DNA from: Octopus vulgaris
Taxonomy: Eukaryota
Direction of reading: 5' to 3'
Assembly: GCA_951406725.2 (NCBI GenBank)
Contig: OX597837.1
Location: forward strand, 35,898,001 to 35,962,000
Length of the DNA stretch: 64,000 bases
Below are positions 39,761-53,880 of this stretch, one piece after another; the first letter of the stretch is position 1; every line of letters begins with the position of its first letter. A program made the translations under genes and the position numbers. Under the pieces are notes generated by a model that ran no database searches, was not told the origin of the DNA, and saw only the letters and a program-made list of their open reading frames with translations.

Positions 39761-40459
39761 GAACACATTATTTATCATAAAACATTATTATTATAATAAT
39801 AGTTATAATAATCATAATAATAGTTATAATAATAGTTATAATAATAATAATCATAATAATAGTTATAATAAGTTATAATAATAATAATCATAATAATAGT
39901 TATAATGATAATGATAATAATAATCATAATAATAATAATAATAATGATGATGATGATGGATTCTGATTTAGGCACAAAGCCTGCAGTTTTAAGGGGAACG
40001 GCTCTTTGATTATATCAACCCCAGTACTTGACTAGCACTTTATTGACCCTAAAAGACTGAAATGCAAAGTTGTTCTTAGTGCATAAAGCGCCGGAAGAAA
40101 TGCTGTTCTGCATTTTGTCCAAGACACTCGCTTTTCTGTCCGCTTGCTGCATAACAACAACAACATCAACAACAATAATAATAACAACAATAATAGTGAT
40201 AAGAATAATATAATGCACCTGATGGTTTGTGGTTTTCAATGAGTGATTCTGTTAGGTTTGAGGAACAAAAATAATGAGAAACAAAGGAATTTGGTGAAAG
40301 GGGAAAAAAAAATGTCTTGGGAAATGTCTGTAGTTAAGTGGAAACTTTGGGAAGCAGAATGAGTATTAAGAGTCTGTGGAATTGGTGAAGAATGATGGTT
40401 AATGGTGAGAGTAGTATTCTAATGCAACGATGATGGGTTTAAGAAGATGTAGCCATATA

Positions 40460-40495
<36 letters not shown>

Positions 40496-40520
40496 CATAT
40501 ATATACATTTATATATATCT

Positions 40521-40551
<31 letters not shown>

Positions 40552-40620
40552 CATTTATATATATATACATATTTATATATGTATGTATATATATATGTAT
40601 ATATATATATGTATGTATTG

Positions 40621-40654
<34 letters not shown>

Positions 40655-41204
40655 TATTATATATGTATGCATACACACACATATATGCATATATATTTAC
40701 ATACATAAACTTATATAAACAGGAGATTGGAAAAAAGTTTGGGTGTTATTTCACCATTACACATGTTTCATTTGTTAATAGGAGTTACAAAATTGTACTT
40801 AGAGGAAAAACATATCTCCTATTAAAAATTCTTCAAACAGAGAATTGAATAATATTTTTTATATATATATATATAAAAGCTGGTTGACTTAGCTTTTCAT
40901 GTTGCTAAAGGTTCATGGATGTGTGAAAAAGATGACCATCTCCTCAACCATTTGAAAGCAAAACCTTTAAGTAGCACAAGGAGCTCAGTCAACCTGTCGC
41001 TCAATAAATTCAACATACAACCCCAGATAAAGGAATTGAATGGTGCTTCCATTCTTTTGTCCACTTACTCAAAAATTAGCCTGAATATGACAAAGTTTGA
41101 CCCAGAACTATTTGAGAAAAAAAACTGCTTTGAATCACAATAAATGGTAGTTAACTTGTCCTAAAGCAATACAGAACAATGAATGAAGCTGTCTGTATTA
41201 AATT

Positions 41205-41425
41205 AGGCCTTTAGCATTTAAACTGGCCATATTTGGCTCAGATATTCAACCTCCCTTATCCTCAAACCAGCCAGGTCTGGCCTCTCACACCTACTCCTCT
41301 ATGTCATTCTCAGAAAATAGAGAACCGCATCATTGAAATCTCAAAGCTATGAGATAATCAATAATTAATCCTTGAATAAATAAGTATTATGTTTGATAAA
41401 ATATAATCTGGATGCTGAAGGGCCG
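41205..41425. mobile_element. Second piggyBac-like MITE family (CCCTTTAGCATT...AATGCTAAAGGG type), diverged
   Basis: Related copies at about 45730-45900, 45931-45985, 48451-48679 and 32225-32777; ends such as AATGCTAAAGAGTTAA and GAGGGTTAA. Confidence 0.55.
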
Positions 41426-41557
41426 AAGAACTGAGAGGAAAAGCAGAGTTGCAAACTTTGTATAACCATCCTTTCTTATGTCTGTTCTATGGAATTGTCT
41501 GTAAATCATTGTGGCTAGGTTTGTAAAATACATTCTCTAATGTTTTATTGTGTCTGT

Positions 41558-41872
41558 GGAGGGTCATTCTCTTTTAGTGCCTTATTACTTGACACACTCA
41601 CTGGTCTGATTTCCACTCATTTACTTATTTATTTTTTTCTAAAATTTTCGTTGCACCCTGCAGCCTTTTCAATGGTTGTTGACTCTGTCTGTTGTAAGTT
41701 GATAATGGACAGAGTCATTGACTCCTGAAAATGTTGAAAGATGTAACAGAGTCAACAACTATTGAAAAGGTTGCAAGATACAACGAAAATTTTATAAAAA
41801 ACTAAGTAAATGAATGAAAATCAAACCAGTGAGTGTGTCAAATAATAAGGCATTAAAAGAGAATGACCCTCC
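41558..41872. repeat. Long inverted repeat (arms about 130 bp, spacer about 57 bp)
   Basis: 41558-41688 is the imperfect reverse complement of 41746-41872. Confidence 0.85.
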
Positions 41873-42199
41873 CCAAACAATAATTTATGCTTCAACACAT
41901 GAATTCACATAAAGAATCTTGCAAACCGAATACAAAAAAAAAATTCTCTCATGTATTTTACAAATATTTTCTTCTCTACTTTTTGATGTTCAAACGTCTC
42001 TTGTGAAAAATCTGTTTTTCCTAATTAATTATTTATGTGACCTCGTTAAAGATGCAAGTGTATTTAAATTGGTTGTGAGAACACTTTTAAACTATAAACT
42101 AAAACAAAAAAAAAATTATATATAATGCTGTTAAATCTTCACATGTTGAGATCGATTGAAGAATCCAGGATTATCTGCAACCTCTCTTTGACTCTGACT

Positions 42200-42330
42200 G
42201 TTCATGGATTTGGCATTGTTTTGAAAGCTTTCTTCATATTGGTCAGCTTTTTGCCATTTATTGTCAGTAATCCCTTTCCATTTCTTGTTCCGTTTTGCAA
42301 TATCTCTGATTCTCACTTTCGGTCTTCCCT
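42200..42330 (-). mobile_element. RTE LINE C-terminal fragment
   Basis: GRPKVRIRDIAKRNKKWKGITDNKWQK resembles RTE GRPKLR.KD..KR.LK...I....W. Confidence 0.55.
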
Positions 42331-42339
42331 TACTCTCTC

Positions 42340-43030
42340 TCTTTACTTGTTTCAGTCATTTGACTGTGGCCATGCTGGAGCACCGCCTTTAATCGAGCAA
42401 CTCGACCCCGGGATTTATTCTTTTGTAAGCCCAGTACTTATTCTATCGGTCTCTTTTGCCGAACCGCTAAGTGACGGGGACGTAAACACACCAGCATCGG
42501 TTGTCAAGCAATGCTAGGGGGACAAACACAGACACACAAACATACACACACATACATATATATATACGACAGGCTTCTTTCAGTTTCCGTCTACCAAATC
42601 CACTCACAAGGCATTGGTCGGCCCGGGGCTATAGCAGAAGACACTTGCCCAAGATGCCATGCAGTGGGACTGAACCCAGAACCATGTGGTTGGTTAGCAA
42701 GCTACTTACCACACAGCCACTCCTGCGCCTATATATATATATATATATACTCTTTTACTCGTTTCAGTAATTTGACTGTGGCCATGCTGGAGCACCGCCT
42801 TTAGTCGAGCAAGTCAGCCCCAGGACTTATTCTTTGTAAGCCTAGTACTTATTCTATCGGTCTATTTCGCTGAGCCGCTAAGTTACGGGGGACATAAACA
42901 CACCAGCATCGGTTGTCAAGCGATGATGGTAGCGGGGGGACAAACAGACACACAAACATATACATATATATAGATATATACGATATGGTTCGTAAACAAG
43001 CTACTTACCACACAGCCATTCCTGCACCTA
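42340..43030 (-). mobile_element. Two tandem family A SINEs (42340-42731 full length; 42749-43030 internally deleted)
   Basis: Colinear with the reverse complement of 8021-8445; further copies at 46256-46520 and 56665-57037. Confidence 0.9.
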
Positions 43031-43045
43031 TGTATATATATATAA

Positions 43046-43099
<54 letters not shown>

Positions 43100-43315
43100 G
43101 TATCTATACATACTATACATGAAATTTGCATGCAAGTGGCTGAGCACTCCACAGACATGTATACCCTTAATGTAGTACTCATGGGGATTCAGTGTGACAC
43201 AATATGACGAGGTTGGCCCTGTAGACTAATGGTACAACTAGTATGTGTATGTATATATCTATGTTTGTGTATGTGTATATATATGTATGTGTATGTATAT
43301 ATATATATATGTATG

Positions 43316-43348
<33 letters not shown>

Positions 43349-43418
43349 GTGTATGTGTGTATGTATATATATATATGTATGAGTAAATATATGTGTATAT
43401 ATATATATACATGTATGT

Positions 43419-43449
<31 letters not shown>

Positions 43450-46163
43450 CATATTATGTGTATGTATTTATATGTATATACGTGGTTAGCATATATATGT
43501 ATGTACGTGTATGTGTATATATGTGTGTGTATATGTATATATATATATGCGTGTATGTATATATATATGTGTGTGTATGTAAATGTATGTATATGTATAT
43601 ACATATGTGTATGTTTATATATATGTGTATGTATAGATCTATATGTGTACATATGTATATATGTAAGTATATGTGTGCATATATGTGTGTGTATGTAAGT
43701 ATTTGCATGTATATAGATATATGTGTATGTAAGTATATGTGTCTGCACGAATGTGTATGTCATTAAAAGTTATACGGTACAAATTATTTTTCAATATATA
43801 AAACCACCACCATCCTACATAGAGTAACATTTCAAAATTTCACATTGAAAAAATCTTTGCATCAAACAAGAACCATCTGTTAAGACAGGGGCCACAGTGT
43901 TCACAAATCATCCTGGTCCCAACACGGCCCCCTACAACACTAGATTTCACAAAGGTATCTGCTGTATTTCCAACAGATCCTCACTCCACAAACATACACC
44001 AGTGAAGAGGTGACGCAAGAATCTGCTCTACTGATTCTATAAGTAGTCTCGCGTCAGCTGCAGTGACGCAGCGGGAATGAAAGTCGAATCTTTTTCGTTC
44101 GTTCTCTAATGTATTCTGCAAATATTTTCTTCTCTGCTTTTTGATGTTGAAATGTCTCTTGTGAAAAAAACTGTTTTTTTTTCTAATTAATTATTTATGT
44201 GACCTCGTTAAAGATGCAAGTGTATTTAAATTAGTTGTGAGAACACTTTTAAAATGCACACAAACACACACACATCCACACACACACACACACAAAATAA
44301 AGGTTAAAAAAATATACTTAAAAACAAGTTATATACATACATACACATGTATATGTATTTGTGTGTGTGTGTGTATGTATATATATATAGACACACACAC
44401 ACATAGACACACACACACTATACTATACTGGCATTTCATTAGTTTGATGACTGTTCCTGTTGAATTAATCAATGGAACAGCCTCCTCATGAAATTAATGT
44501 GCAAGTGGCCGAGTACTCCACAGACACATGTACCCTTACTGTAGTACTCGGGGAGATTCTGCGTGACACATAGTGTGACAAAGAAGTGCTCCTTTGAATT
44601 ACAGGTGCAACTCATTTTGGACTGGAACTCTGGGGAATAAAATAAAGGGTCTTGCTTAAGAACCCAATGCGCCACTAGAAATTAAACTCAAAGCCTTATG
44701 ATTGTTAGCCAAGTATGCTAACCACTAAGCTGCCTGCCTTCACCACACACACACACTATGTTGACCCGACATTGTTGTAATTGTGTCATGTGTATTCGCC
44801 CATCATTTCCCCCTTGATGTTATGTGTGTGACCATGAAACTATTGGCCCAATGTCAGGTCTAAATCAAAATATATCTATATGCTGCTCTGTCTGAAAATG
44901 TATTGAGTACTTTCATTGTATGATAATTTTCTTGATCCTTTCATTGAAGTTATAAAACATACACGCACAAATATATATAATTAAATACATATATATATAC
45001 ATACAGACCTAATATGTGTGCTAAATTAATATGGAAGATAGTACTCAATACACATTCTTGAATATTTATTTTATGATTAAAGTTTCATGCTTTTGCACTC
45101 TTCAGGTGAGAACTATTAACTATTTTGTTCTGCTAGTTGATTTGTTTTCTTTTGGTTGGCTGTTAGTTTTGTGGCTTAATGTTTATTTTCTTTGAATTTG
45201 TCGGCAAAAGATGTTTTGGTTGTTTGTATTTTTCTTTTTTGATATTGATTACATTTGGAAATCTCTGTGACCTTGTTCTTTTAATACACATGTTGCCATC
45301 ATCATTTAACGTCCATGTTTCACGCTGGCATGGGTTGAATGGTTTCACAAGGATTCGATGAGTCCAAGGACTGCATCATACTGCAAACTCTGCTTTTGCA
45401 TGGCGCCTATAGCTGTATGCACGCATACGCAGGATTCTTTGTGTGAATGTTACAAATTTGCAGTGGACTACGCTACAGATGGTGACACAGTGTGCGGATG
45501 AGAATTGACCTCATGACCTTACGATCATGAGCTGAATCCTCTCACCACTATGCCACATACTGTAAACTGTGATATCATTTATGGTTGCCCAATAACCTGC
45601 GACTTTTACTGGCATTTCCTATTAATGGATCTCCTCTTAACTCTGTACTTTCAATTTCATCTGGAATTAAAATACCCTGATTAAGAGGTTGGTGGCACAA
45701 AGAGCCTCGAGCCCTGAAAATCTTTCCTCAACCCTTTAGCATTTAAAGCAATTATATCAGGCCTAAATATTCTTCTTGTTCTATGTTCAGACAGGCCAGA
45801 TCTGGCTTCTCACACAAACCCTACAATGTTGTGTTCTAAACATAAGCTGTCAAGACATTGAAATCTCAAAGCTACAAGATATTGCATTATTTTTAATTAT
45901 TATTAATTCATCTAACCCTTATTAGCATGATTAACCCGTTAGCATTTTAAACTGGCTGTATCCAGCTCAAATATTCTACCGGTCTTATAGTTATAGCCAT
46001 AATTTTAATGGTGCCCAAGGTGTGTTGTTTGTACACTCTGAAATAGGTTGTAAAAAAGTGTGTTTGTTTGTAATTATTTTTTAACTGATAAAATCATCAA
46101 AGATCTGAAAGACAAATGAGTTTAAGAAATAAGAAGGGATCAGACTGGAACTTAGTTGTGTCT

Positions 46164-46885
46164 TTAACCCTTTTGTTACCATATTTCTCTTGAAATATAC
46201 TGTCTTCTGTTAATTTTGAAAATAATGAAGAATTTAGTAAAATAAGTTACTCTTTACTCTTTTACTGGTTTCAGTCATTTGACTGTGGCCATGCTGAAGC
46301 ACCGCCTTTAGTCGAGCAAATCGACCCCAGGACTTATTCTTTGTAAGCCTAGTACTTATTCTATCAGTCTCTTTTGCTGAACTACTAAGTTAAAGGAGCA
46401 TAAACACACCAGCATTGGTTGTCAAGCGATGTTTAGAGGACGACGAACACAGACACACAAACACTCACACACATATATATACATATATACGATGGGCTTC
46501 TTTCAGTTTCGATCTACCAAATCCATTCACAAGGCTTTGTCATTTTTAGACTGGTTTTTAAAACCCTTTTGTTACCATATTTCTGGTGAATTACATTTCA
46601 TTTGTTTCACTTAACTTCCAAGATAACGAAGAATTTAGACAGCTAACCATTCCCATTCTGCTGGTGAAGGATTTTAAGATCACTTTAACCCTTTTGTTAC
46701 CATATTTATGTTAAAATACATGATCTTTGTTTCAGTTAATTTTGAAAACATTAAGGAATTTCATAAAATAACCCTGTTATTATTAAATTAAACTAGTGTT
46801 TGGAATGTAAACAAACATGAAATTTTGATGTAAGGTTTTAATTTGAATAGTAGAACCAGGAACAGTTTTTGGGAAAGCGGTTTGC
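46164..46885. mobile_element. Cluster of decayed copies of the 99-327 MITE, the first interrupted by a family A SINE
   Basis: AACCCTTTTGTTACCATATTT starts at about 46166, 46562 and 46687. Confidence 0.7.
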
Positions 46886-47099
46886 TAAGTATACAAATAT
46901 ATAATTAAACATATATAGGACATTGCTGCCAATTGATTCATACATCACAGTCTTCTTTCTATACCCTCCCACTTTTTTTTAAGGGAGTTGTCTTCACTGA
47001 GTTCGGCATAAAAATGGTTTGGATTTCTGGCTTTGTTTTCCTCTTCTCTTGAGGCAGATATAATTATAATTCATTATTTGTTGTTGTTGTTGCTTTTAA

Positions 47100-47723
47100 G
47101 GCGGTGGACTCACAGAACCGTTATTAGTATGCCAGAGAAAATGCTTAGTGGCATTTTGTCCATCTTTACATTCTGAGTTTAAGTTTTGCCGAGGTCAACT
47201 TTGCCTTTCATCCTTTTGGAGGTTGATAAAATAAACACCAATTGAGGGTTTAGGGTCAATGTAGTTTATTATCCCCCACTTGCCAAATTTCAGGCCTTGT
47301 GCCTATTAGTAGAAAGAATAATAATCCTTTCTACTAAAGGCACAGGTCCTGAAATTGTCGGGGAGGGGGTTAGTAAAATACATTGACCCCAGTGTTTCAC
47401 TGGTATTGAATTTATCAACCCCAAAAGGATCAAAGACAAAGGTGACCTTGGCAGAATTTGAACTCAGAACAGGAGCAACAGGTGAAATACCTATTTCTTT
47501 ATTACCCACAAGGTGCTAAACATAGAGGGGACAAACAAGGACAGACATAGGTATTAAGTCGATGTAATCGACCCCAGTGCGTAACTGGTACTTAATTTAT
47601 CGACCCCGAAAGGATGAAAGGTAAAGTCGACCTCGACGGAATTTGAACTCACAATGTAACAACAGACGAAATACCACTAAGTATTTTGCCCAGCGTGCTA
47701 ACGATTCTGCCATCTCGCCACCC

Positions 47724-47724
<1 letters not shown>
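47100..47724. mobile_element. Three family B SINEs: 47100-47315 (+), then two (-) copies at 47325-47724
   Basis: Repeated GCCTTTCATCCTTT / AAGGATGAAAGG..AAGTCGACCTCG domain. Confidence 0.8.
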
Positions 47725-47754
<30 letters not shown>

Positions 47755-47759
47755 TAACA

Positions 47760-47837
47760 ACCAAGTTCAAGAAATATGTCAGAGAAATCGGAATTGACAT
47801 GAGAGCAGAACAAGCTCAGAAAACTGCTCTGCTGGGG
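47760..47837 (+). mobile_element. R4/Dong-like (RLE) non-LTR retrotransposon C-terminal fragment
   Basis: TKFKKYVREIGIDMRAEQAQKTALLG matches the QK.ALLGTA.ILR terminus; lies immediately after (AAT)n. Confidence 0.65.
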
Positions 47838-49837
47838 CGGGTGGGGGGGGCAGCTTAGAATTTGAGATTGGTACTTGAATATTGAATGTCTCTCATGATA
47901 ATTAACAACCTAGTATCAAAGCTTAAGTATGGAAATAGATGCTGTGAGATCTCTGACAACAGGGTGCTGTCTGACAGAAGCAACCAGAACAAACTAGACC
48001 GAGCACTCTCAGAGGGAAAACAATAATAATAATAATTATTATTATTATTATTATTATCATTACAGTTGTAAACTGACAGGATCATTTGGGTGATGGATGA
48101 CAAAATGCGAGCAGAATTTCTTGCACCTCTTTATGTTCTGAGTTCAAATGCCACCAAAGTTAAATTTGTCTTTCATGTTTCTGGGCTCAGTTGAATAAGT
48201 ATCATTTGGGGTCTGGGGTTTGAGTAATCATCTTATCCTTTCCCTCAAAATTGCTGACCCTGTACCAGAAGCAAATGAAAATCGCCCAGTAGTTGTGATG
48301 AGACTACGAGATAGGGATTTCTGCGTTGTTGGGGTTTGTCAGTAGCATGCACTCACATTGTTGTAGCCTTCAAATGATGCCATCTCACTGACTAGGTGGG
48401 TAGGCCAATACATACATATATACATACATACATACATACTTTTTCGTTAGTTGACCCTTTAGCATTTAAACTGACCATTACTGACCAAAACATTCAACCT
48501 GCTTTATGTTCAAACTGACTAGATCCAACCTTTCTAACATGTCCTACAATGTCATTCTAAGACTAAAACAGTTGTGTCATTGAAATTTTGAATCTGTGAG
48601 ATAATGCAGAATTAATTAAGGACAATTTGAATTAATAAGGATTAAATTAGACAGAGTAATCTGATTGGTGGAGGGTTAACCCTCTTTCATCTAATATTAG
48701 ATATTCTGACATTAGATGCCTTCAGTTGGATCCATTCCTGTCTGGTAATTACCCACTCCTTGGGGATTGGCATGGGTGGAGATTAATTAGAAATAAAACA
48801 AAAACAATACAGTGTAATTAGTTTAGAAATGGATAGGTCTGTGTTTATTTATATGCATTATCCTTGGGGGTGGGTTGGACAGGGGTGTTATTGGTGGAGG
48901 AGGGGAGGCGTTTGGTCGAAGGAATAGCTTTGGTCTGTTTATATTGACCTCGGGTCACGTGTTTCTTTGCAGTTTAAAGAAGTACAGAAGCATATGAATC
49001 CATGCATATATCATGTATACACACTTGTACACATATACACACATATACACACATATATACATGCATGAAACACTGAATATGCATACACACGCGTGTGTGT
49101 GAAGATTAGTTTATATTATATCATTATATATACATATATATGTATGTACACACACACCCTCATATTTATACACATATACAGATATGTGTGTGTATGCATA
49201 CACATGCATATGCATATATATATACACTACGTATGCGTATGAGTGCACATACATATATGTGTGTGTGTGTGAAAATTATACATACATATATATGTATGTA
49301 CACACACACCCTCATATTTATACACATATACAGATATATGTGTGTATGCATACATATGCATATATATGCATGCCTATGCATATATATATATATACACTAC
49401 GTATGTGTATGAGAGCACACACACACATATATGTATATGTGTGTGTGTGTGTGTGTATGTATATATGTATGTATACATGTATATATATATATGTATATAT
49501 AGTGTATATATTCATTAATGGATTAACAAATAGTTTCATGGCAGTAAGAAAAAAAGGTGTTTTTTAAAGCTCCAGGTTGTAGCACAAGAAGCATTGTCGT
49601 TTCACCTGGACTACTATACTGCCAAAATATGGGTTCTACATAAAAAAAACAAAACAAAAACAACAAAAAAAATAACAAATCTGAAATACAAGATTAAAAA
49701 AATATATAATTGAAAGGATGGATATAGTGCGGATGATAGTTCATGTATACATGGGGATAGTATTCACACTGTGGAAAACAATTTTCAAAATATGTACATA
49801 CATTTGTATATATATATATATATACACACACACAGCC

Positions 49838-49880
<43 letters not shown>

Positions 49881-49919
49881 TATATGTATATACATACATA
49901 CATATATATATACATATAT

Positions 49920-49979
<60 letters not shown>

Positions 49980-50124
49980 GTACATATATATATATGCATA
50001 TACATACACACACATACATAATGACATAGTTATTATGCAATTTTTAACAAGATAAATACAAATATGCAATATAATATATATATATATATACACACACATG
50101 CATTTATATATGTGTGTGTGCGTA

Positions 50125-50161
<37 letters not shown>

Positions 50162-51045
50162 TGCACACACACACACGCATATACATACATACATTAATGT
50201 AAGTATTTATGTATGTATAAATATACAAAAACACACACACATATATATATATATATTAATTGCATTCACCAGATGAGATTAATGTATATACAGGCCATTA
50301 TAGTTTTACCATATCACCATATGTAATAAATGTTATCATTATTATTATTATTATTATCATTATTATTATTATTACCCTTTTCATTGTCATTTATCATCAC
50401 AGTCATCATCAACATCACAATTATCATCATCATCATCATTGTCATTATCGTTTGAATCCGTATCGGTAAAATCAGCTGCAAGAGCAAAACATTCACGATA
50501 CATCACGATAATAGAATATGCAGTGGCATAAATTCTGATGTGATAGTATTTTGTATACACACGTGTGTGTGTGTGTGTGTGTGTTCCATGTATTACCAGT
50601 TGTGTGTGTGTATGTATATATATATATATATATATATGTGTATGTATATATATATATATGTGTATGTATATATATATGTGTATGTATATATATATATGTA
50701 TATATACGTAAGTATATATGTGTATGTATATATATATATGTATATATACATAAGTATATATGTATATATACGTAAGTATATATGTATATATACGTAAGTA
50801 TATATGTATATATATATATGTATATGTATATATATGTATATATATATATATATGTATGTATGTGTGTGTGTGTGTGTATGCGTGTATATTTGTATGTATA
50901 TGTTTGTATTTATTTATGTATGTGTGTGTGTGTGTATGCGTGTGAATATTTGTATGTATATGTTTGTATTTATTTATGTATATATGTATATAATATATAT
51001 ATATATATATATGTGAGTGTGTATATATATATATATATATATATT

Positions 51046-51085
<40 letters not shown>

Positions 51086-51129
51086 TATATCTTAGAGAGG
51101 TGCACTAGGCAGTGTTGAATGAAACATGG

Positions 51130-52856
51130 TTGCAGAAAGCCACAGACTTGGTATTGGGGTGGGGGGTCAGTTGATTTAATTAAAGACAAAGTTGATCCTG
51201 GTACGATTTGAACTCAGTATGCAAAGAACTATAACAAATGCAACAAGAAACTTTGTCCAATATTGTGATTCTGCCAGCTTGCTGCCTTAATAAAAATAAT
51301 AAATAATAATAATAATGATAATAATAATAATAATAATAATAATTTCAAATTTTTCCACAAGAGTAGTAATTTGTGGGGATTGGATGAGTCGTTTACATCG
51401 ACCCCAGTGTTTCACTGGTGTTTAATTTATTGACCCCCAAAAGGATGAAAAGCAATGTCAACTTCGGTGCAATTTGAATTTTAGAATGTAGCCCCGGGCA
51501 ATGTACTGCTAAGCATTTCACCTGGCACGCAAAAAATTCTGCCGGCTTTGTGTCATAATAACAATAATAACAATGAAAAACAACACCAAGAAACCCCAGT
51601 GTATCAAAACAAAAAAAGAAAATTGTTCTTGTGAGTACAGCCCACATCTTATGGGAAAAAAAACCATTGTCAACCTGAGAATACTTGAATCTTATAAAGT
51701 CTTTCAAAATCTGTAAATTTTGCAAAAAACTATTTACAAAATCTTAATTTCCAGTATTTTTGTCTCTTTTCCCCCAAAATGTATCATTGCTCTCCATAAA
51801 TAAAACTCACTGCTCTCCATAAATATCACTCACTGTAAAACATCAAACTCGCTGTTTCTGGAGGTCCCAGGGTGAAACTTGAAACAGTTCATATTGAAAC
51901 AAAGCAACAACAACCAAAATAACAATAGTGACAATGATTTCAAGTTTTGGCACAGGGCTAGCAATTTTGGTGGAGGGGTAAGTCGATTACTTTGACCCCC
52001 AGTACACAACTGATACTTATTTTATCGACCCTGAAAGGATGAAAGGCAAAGTCTACCTCCGTAGAATTTGAACTCAGAACATAAAGACATATGAAATACC
52101 ACCAAGCATAATAATAATAATAATAATAATAATAGAAACCTTTTCTATTCTAGGCACAAGGCCCGAAATTTTTGGGGAGTGGAGGCCAGTTGATTAGATT
52201 GACTCCAGTACGCAACTGGTACTTAATTTATTGACCCCGAAAGAATGAAAAGCAAAGGCGACCTCAGTAAAATTTGAACTCAGAACATAAAGACGGATGA
52301 AATGCTGCTAAGCATTGGTAGCAATTCTGAATTGGTAACAATACTGCCAGCTTATCACCTTAATAATAATAATAGTAATAATAATAATAATGATAATCCT
52401 TTCTGCTAAAGGCACCAGATGGGAAATTTTGTGAGAGAGGAATAGTCGATTACATCGACTCCAGTGCATAACTGGTACTTATTTATCGACCTCGAAAGGA
52501 TTAAAAGTAAAGTCGACCTTGGCAGAATTTGAACTTAGAACTTAAAGACAGATCAAATGCTGCTTAGCATTGGTAACGATTCTGCCAGCTTGTCTCTTTT
52601 GTACCTTAGTAGTAGTAGTAATAATAATAATAATATTAATAATAATATTAATAATAATAATCCTTTCTACCATAGGTACAAGGCCTGAAATTTTGGGGGA
52701 AGGGAATAGTCAATAGTGTGTAACTGGTACCTCATTTATCGACCCCTGAAAGTAAAATCGACCTCGGTGGAATTTGAACTCAGAATGTAGAGATGGGCAA
52801 AATACCGATAAGCATTTCGTCCAGTGCGCTAACGAGTCTGCCAGCTCACAACCTTA
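51130..52856 (-). mobile_element. Head-to-tail array of about six family B SINEs separated by (AAT)n
   Basis: Copies at about 51130-51290, 51345-51550, 51938-52110, 52140-52362, 52397-52590 and 52661-52856; similar clusters at 54760-55495 (+) and 59955-60416 (-). Confidence 0.85.
51580..51910 (+). mobile_element. R4/Dong-like retrotransposon 3' end, decayed
   Basis: PRNPSVSKQKKKIVLVSTAHILWEKKPLST* resembles IPG.PS..EIQKIVL.STAHILR..LS; flanked by AAT/AAC repeats. Confidence 0.6.
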
Positions 52857-53880
52857 ATGATAATAATCACCTAATATAATAATGAGCGTAGTGTTTTTAT
52901 ATATATTTGTATATATATATATATATATATATTTGTCCAGAATTACGATGGACGTGGAGGAGGAGAGAAAATAGTAATTCAGTGAAGGAGAAGTAGTGAG
53001 AGTAATAGCCCTGATTGAGAGAGAGTGAGAGAAAATAATAGCAATGAGAGAAAGGAAGGGGTGAAAAAAATATCAGCATTTCAACTGTGTGTGAGTGCGT
53101 GTGTGTGTGTGTGTATGTGTGTGTGTACAAGGGAAGTATGTGAATATTTGTATGTGTGATTATTATGTACCTTATATATAAAATATTACAATTAGCTGCC
53201 ATTTTTGATGGCATGGGGTCAGCTAGTAATAATAATAATGGTTTCAAAGTTTGATACAGGACAAGTAGTTTTTGAGGGGAGGGGGAAAATCAATAACATG
53301 ACTTGTACTTATTTCTGTCGGCTTTGTGAAAGAAAGAAAGCCTAAGTTGAGCCTCATAAGAGCAATCAGACAAGAATGTTTATGATCACAAATTACAATT
53401 AGACGTGTTAATTAGTGGCACGTGACTTGAGATTTAGTTAATTTTTGTTTCACTAAAGAAACTTGATATCATCATCATCATCGTTGTCATTTAACATCTA
53501 TTTTCCATGCTGGCATGAGTTGGACGGTTTGAGGGTTGTGTTATGCTCTTGTGTTTTGCTTTTGTGAGATTCCTTTGGCTGGGTATCATGCCCTTCCTGA
53601 CCCTAACCATTGCGCAGAGTATGCTGGGTCCTCCGTGCGCTAGGTCCTCCCTTTTGTGTTTTGGTTTTTTTTTATGGCTCTAACGTGTCATGGAAAATGC
53701 TATTCTTTTAAAATGTCACCAATAGGAAGAGTTTGGGACATTCCAGTTCAGCATAACAAGGACTTGGTGAAAAAAAAAATGTTCTTAAATGTTCAAGAAC
53801 CAAGTAGAGAGTGTGGGGCAAAGCAGATACAAGAATTTATACATTGTTGCATTTAGTAGATCATGTGATCTATATTGTCA

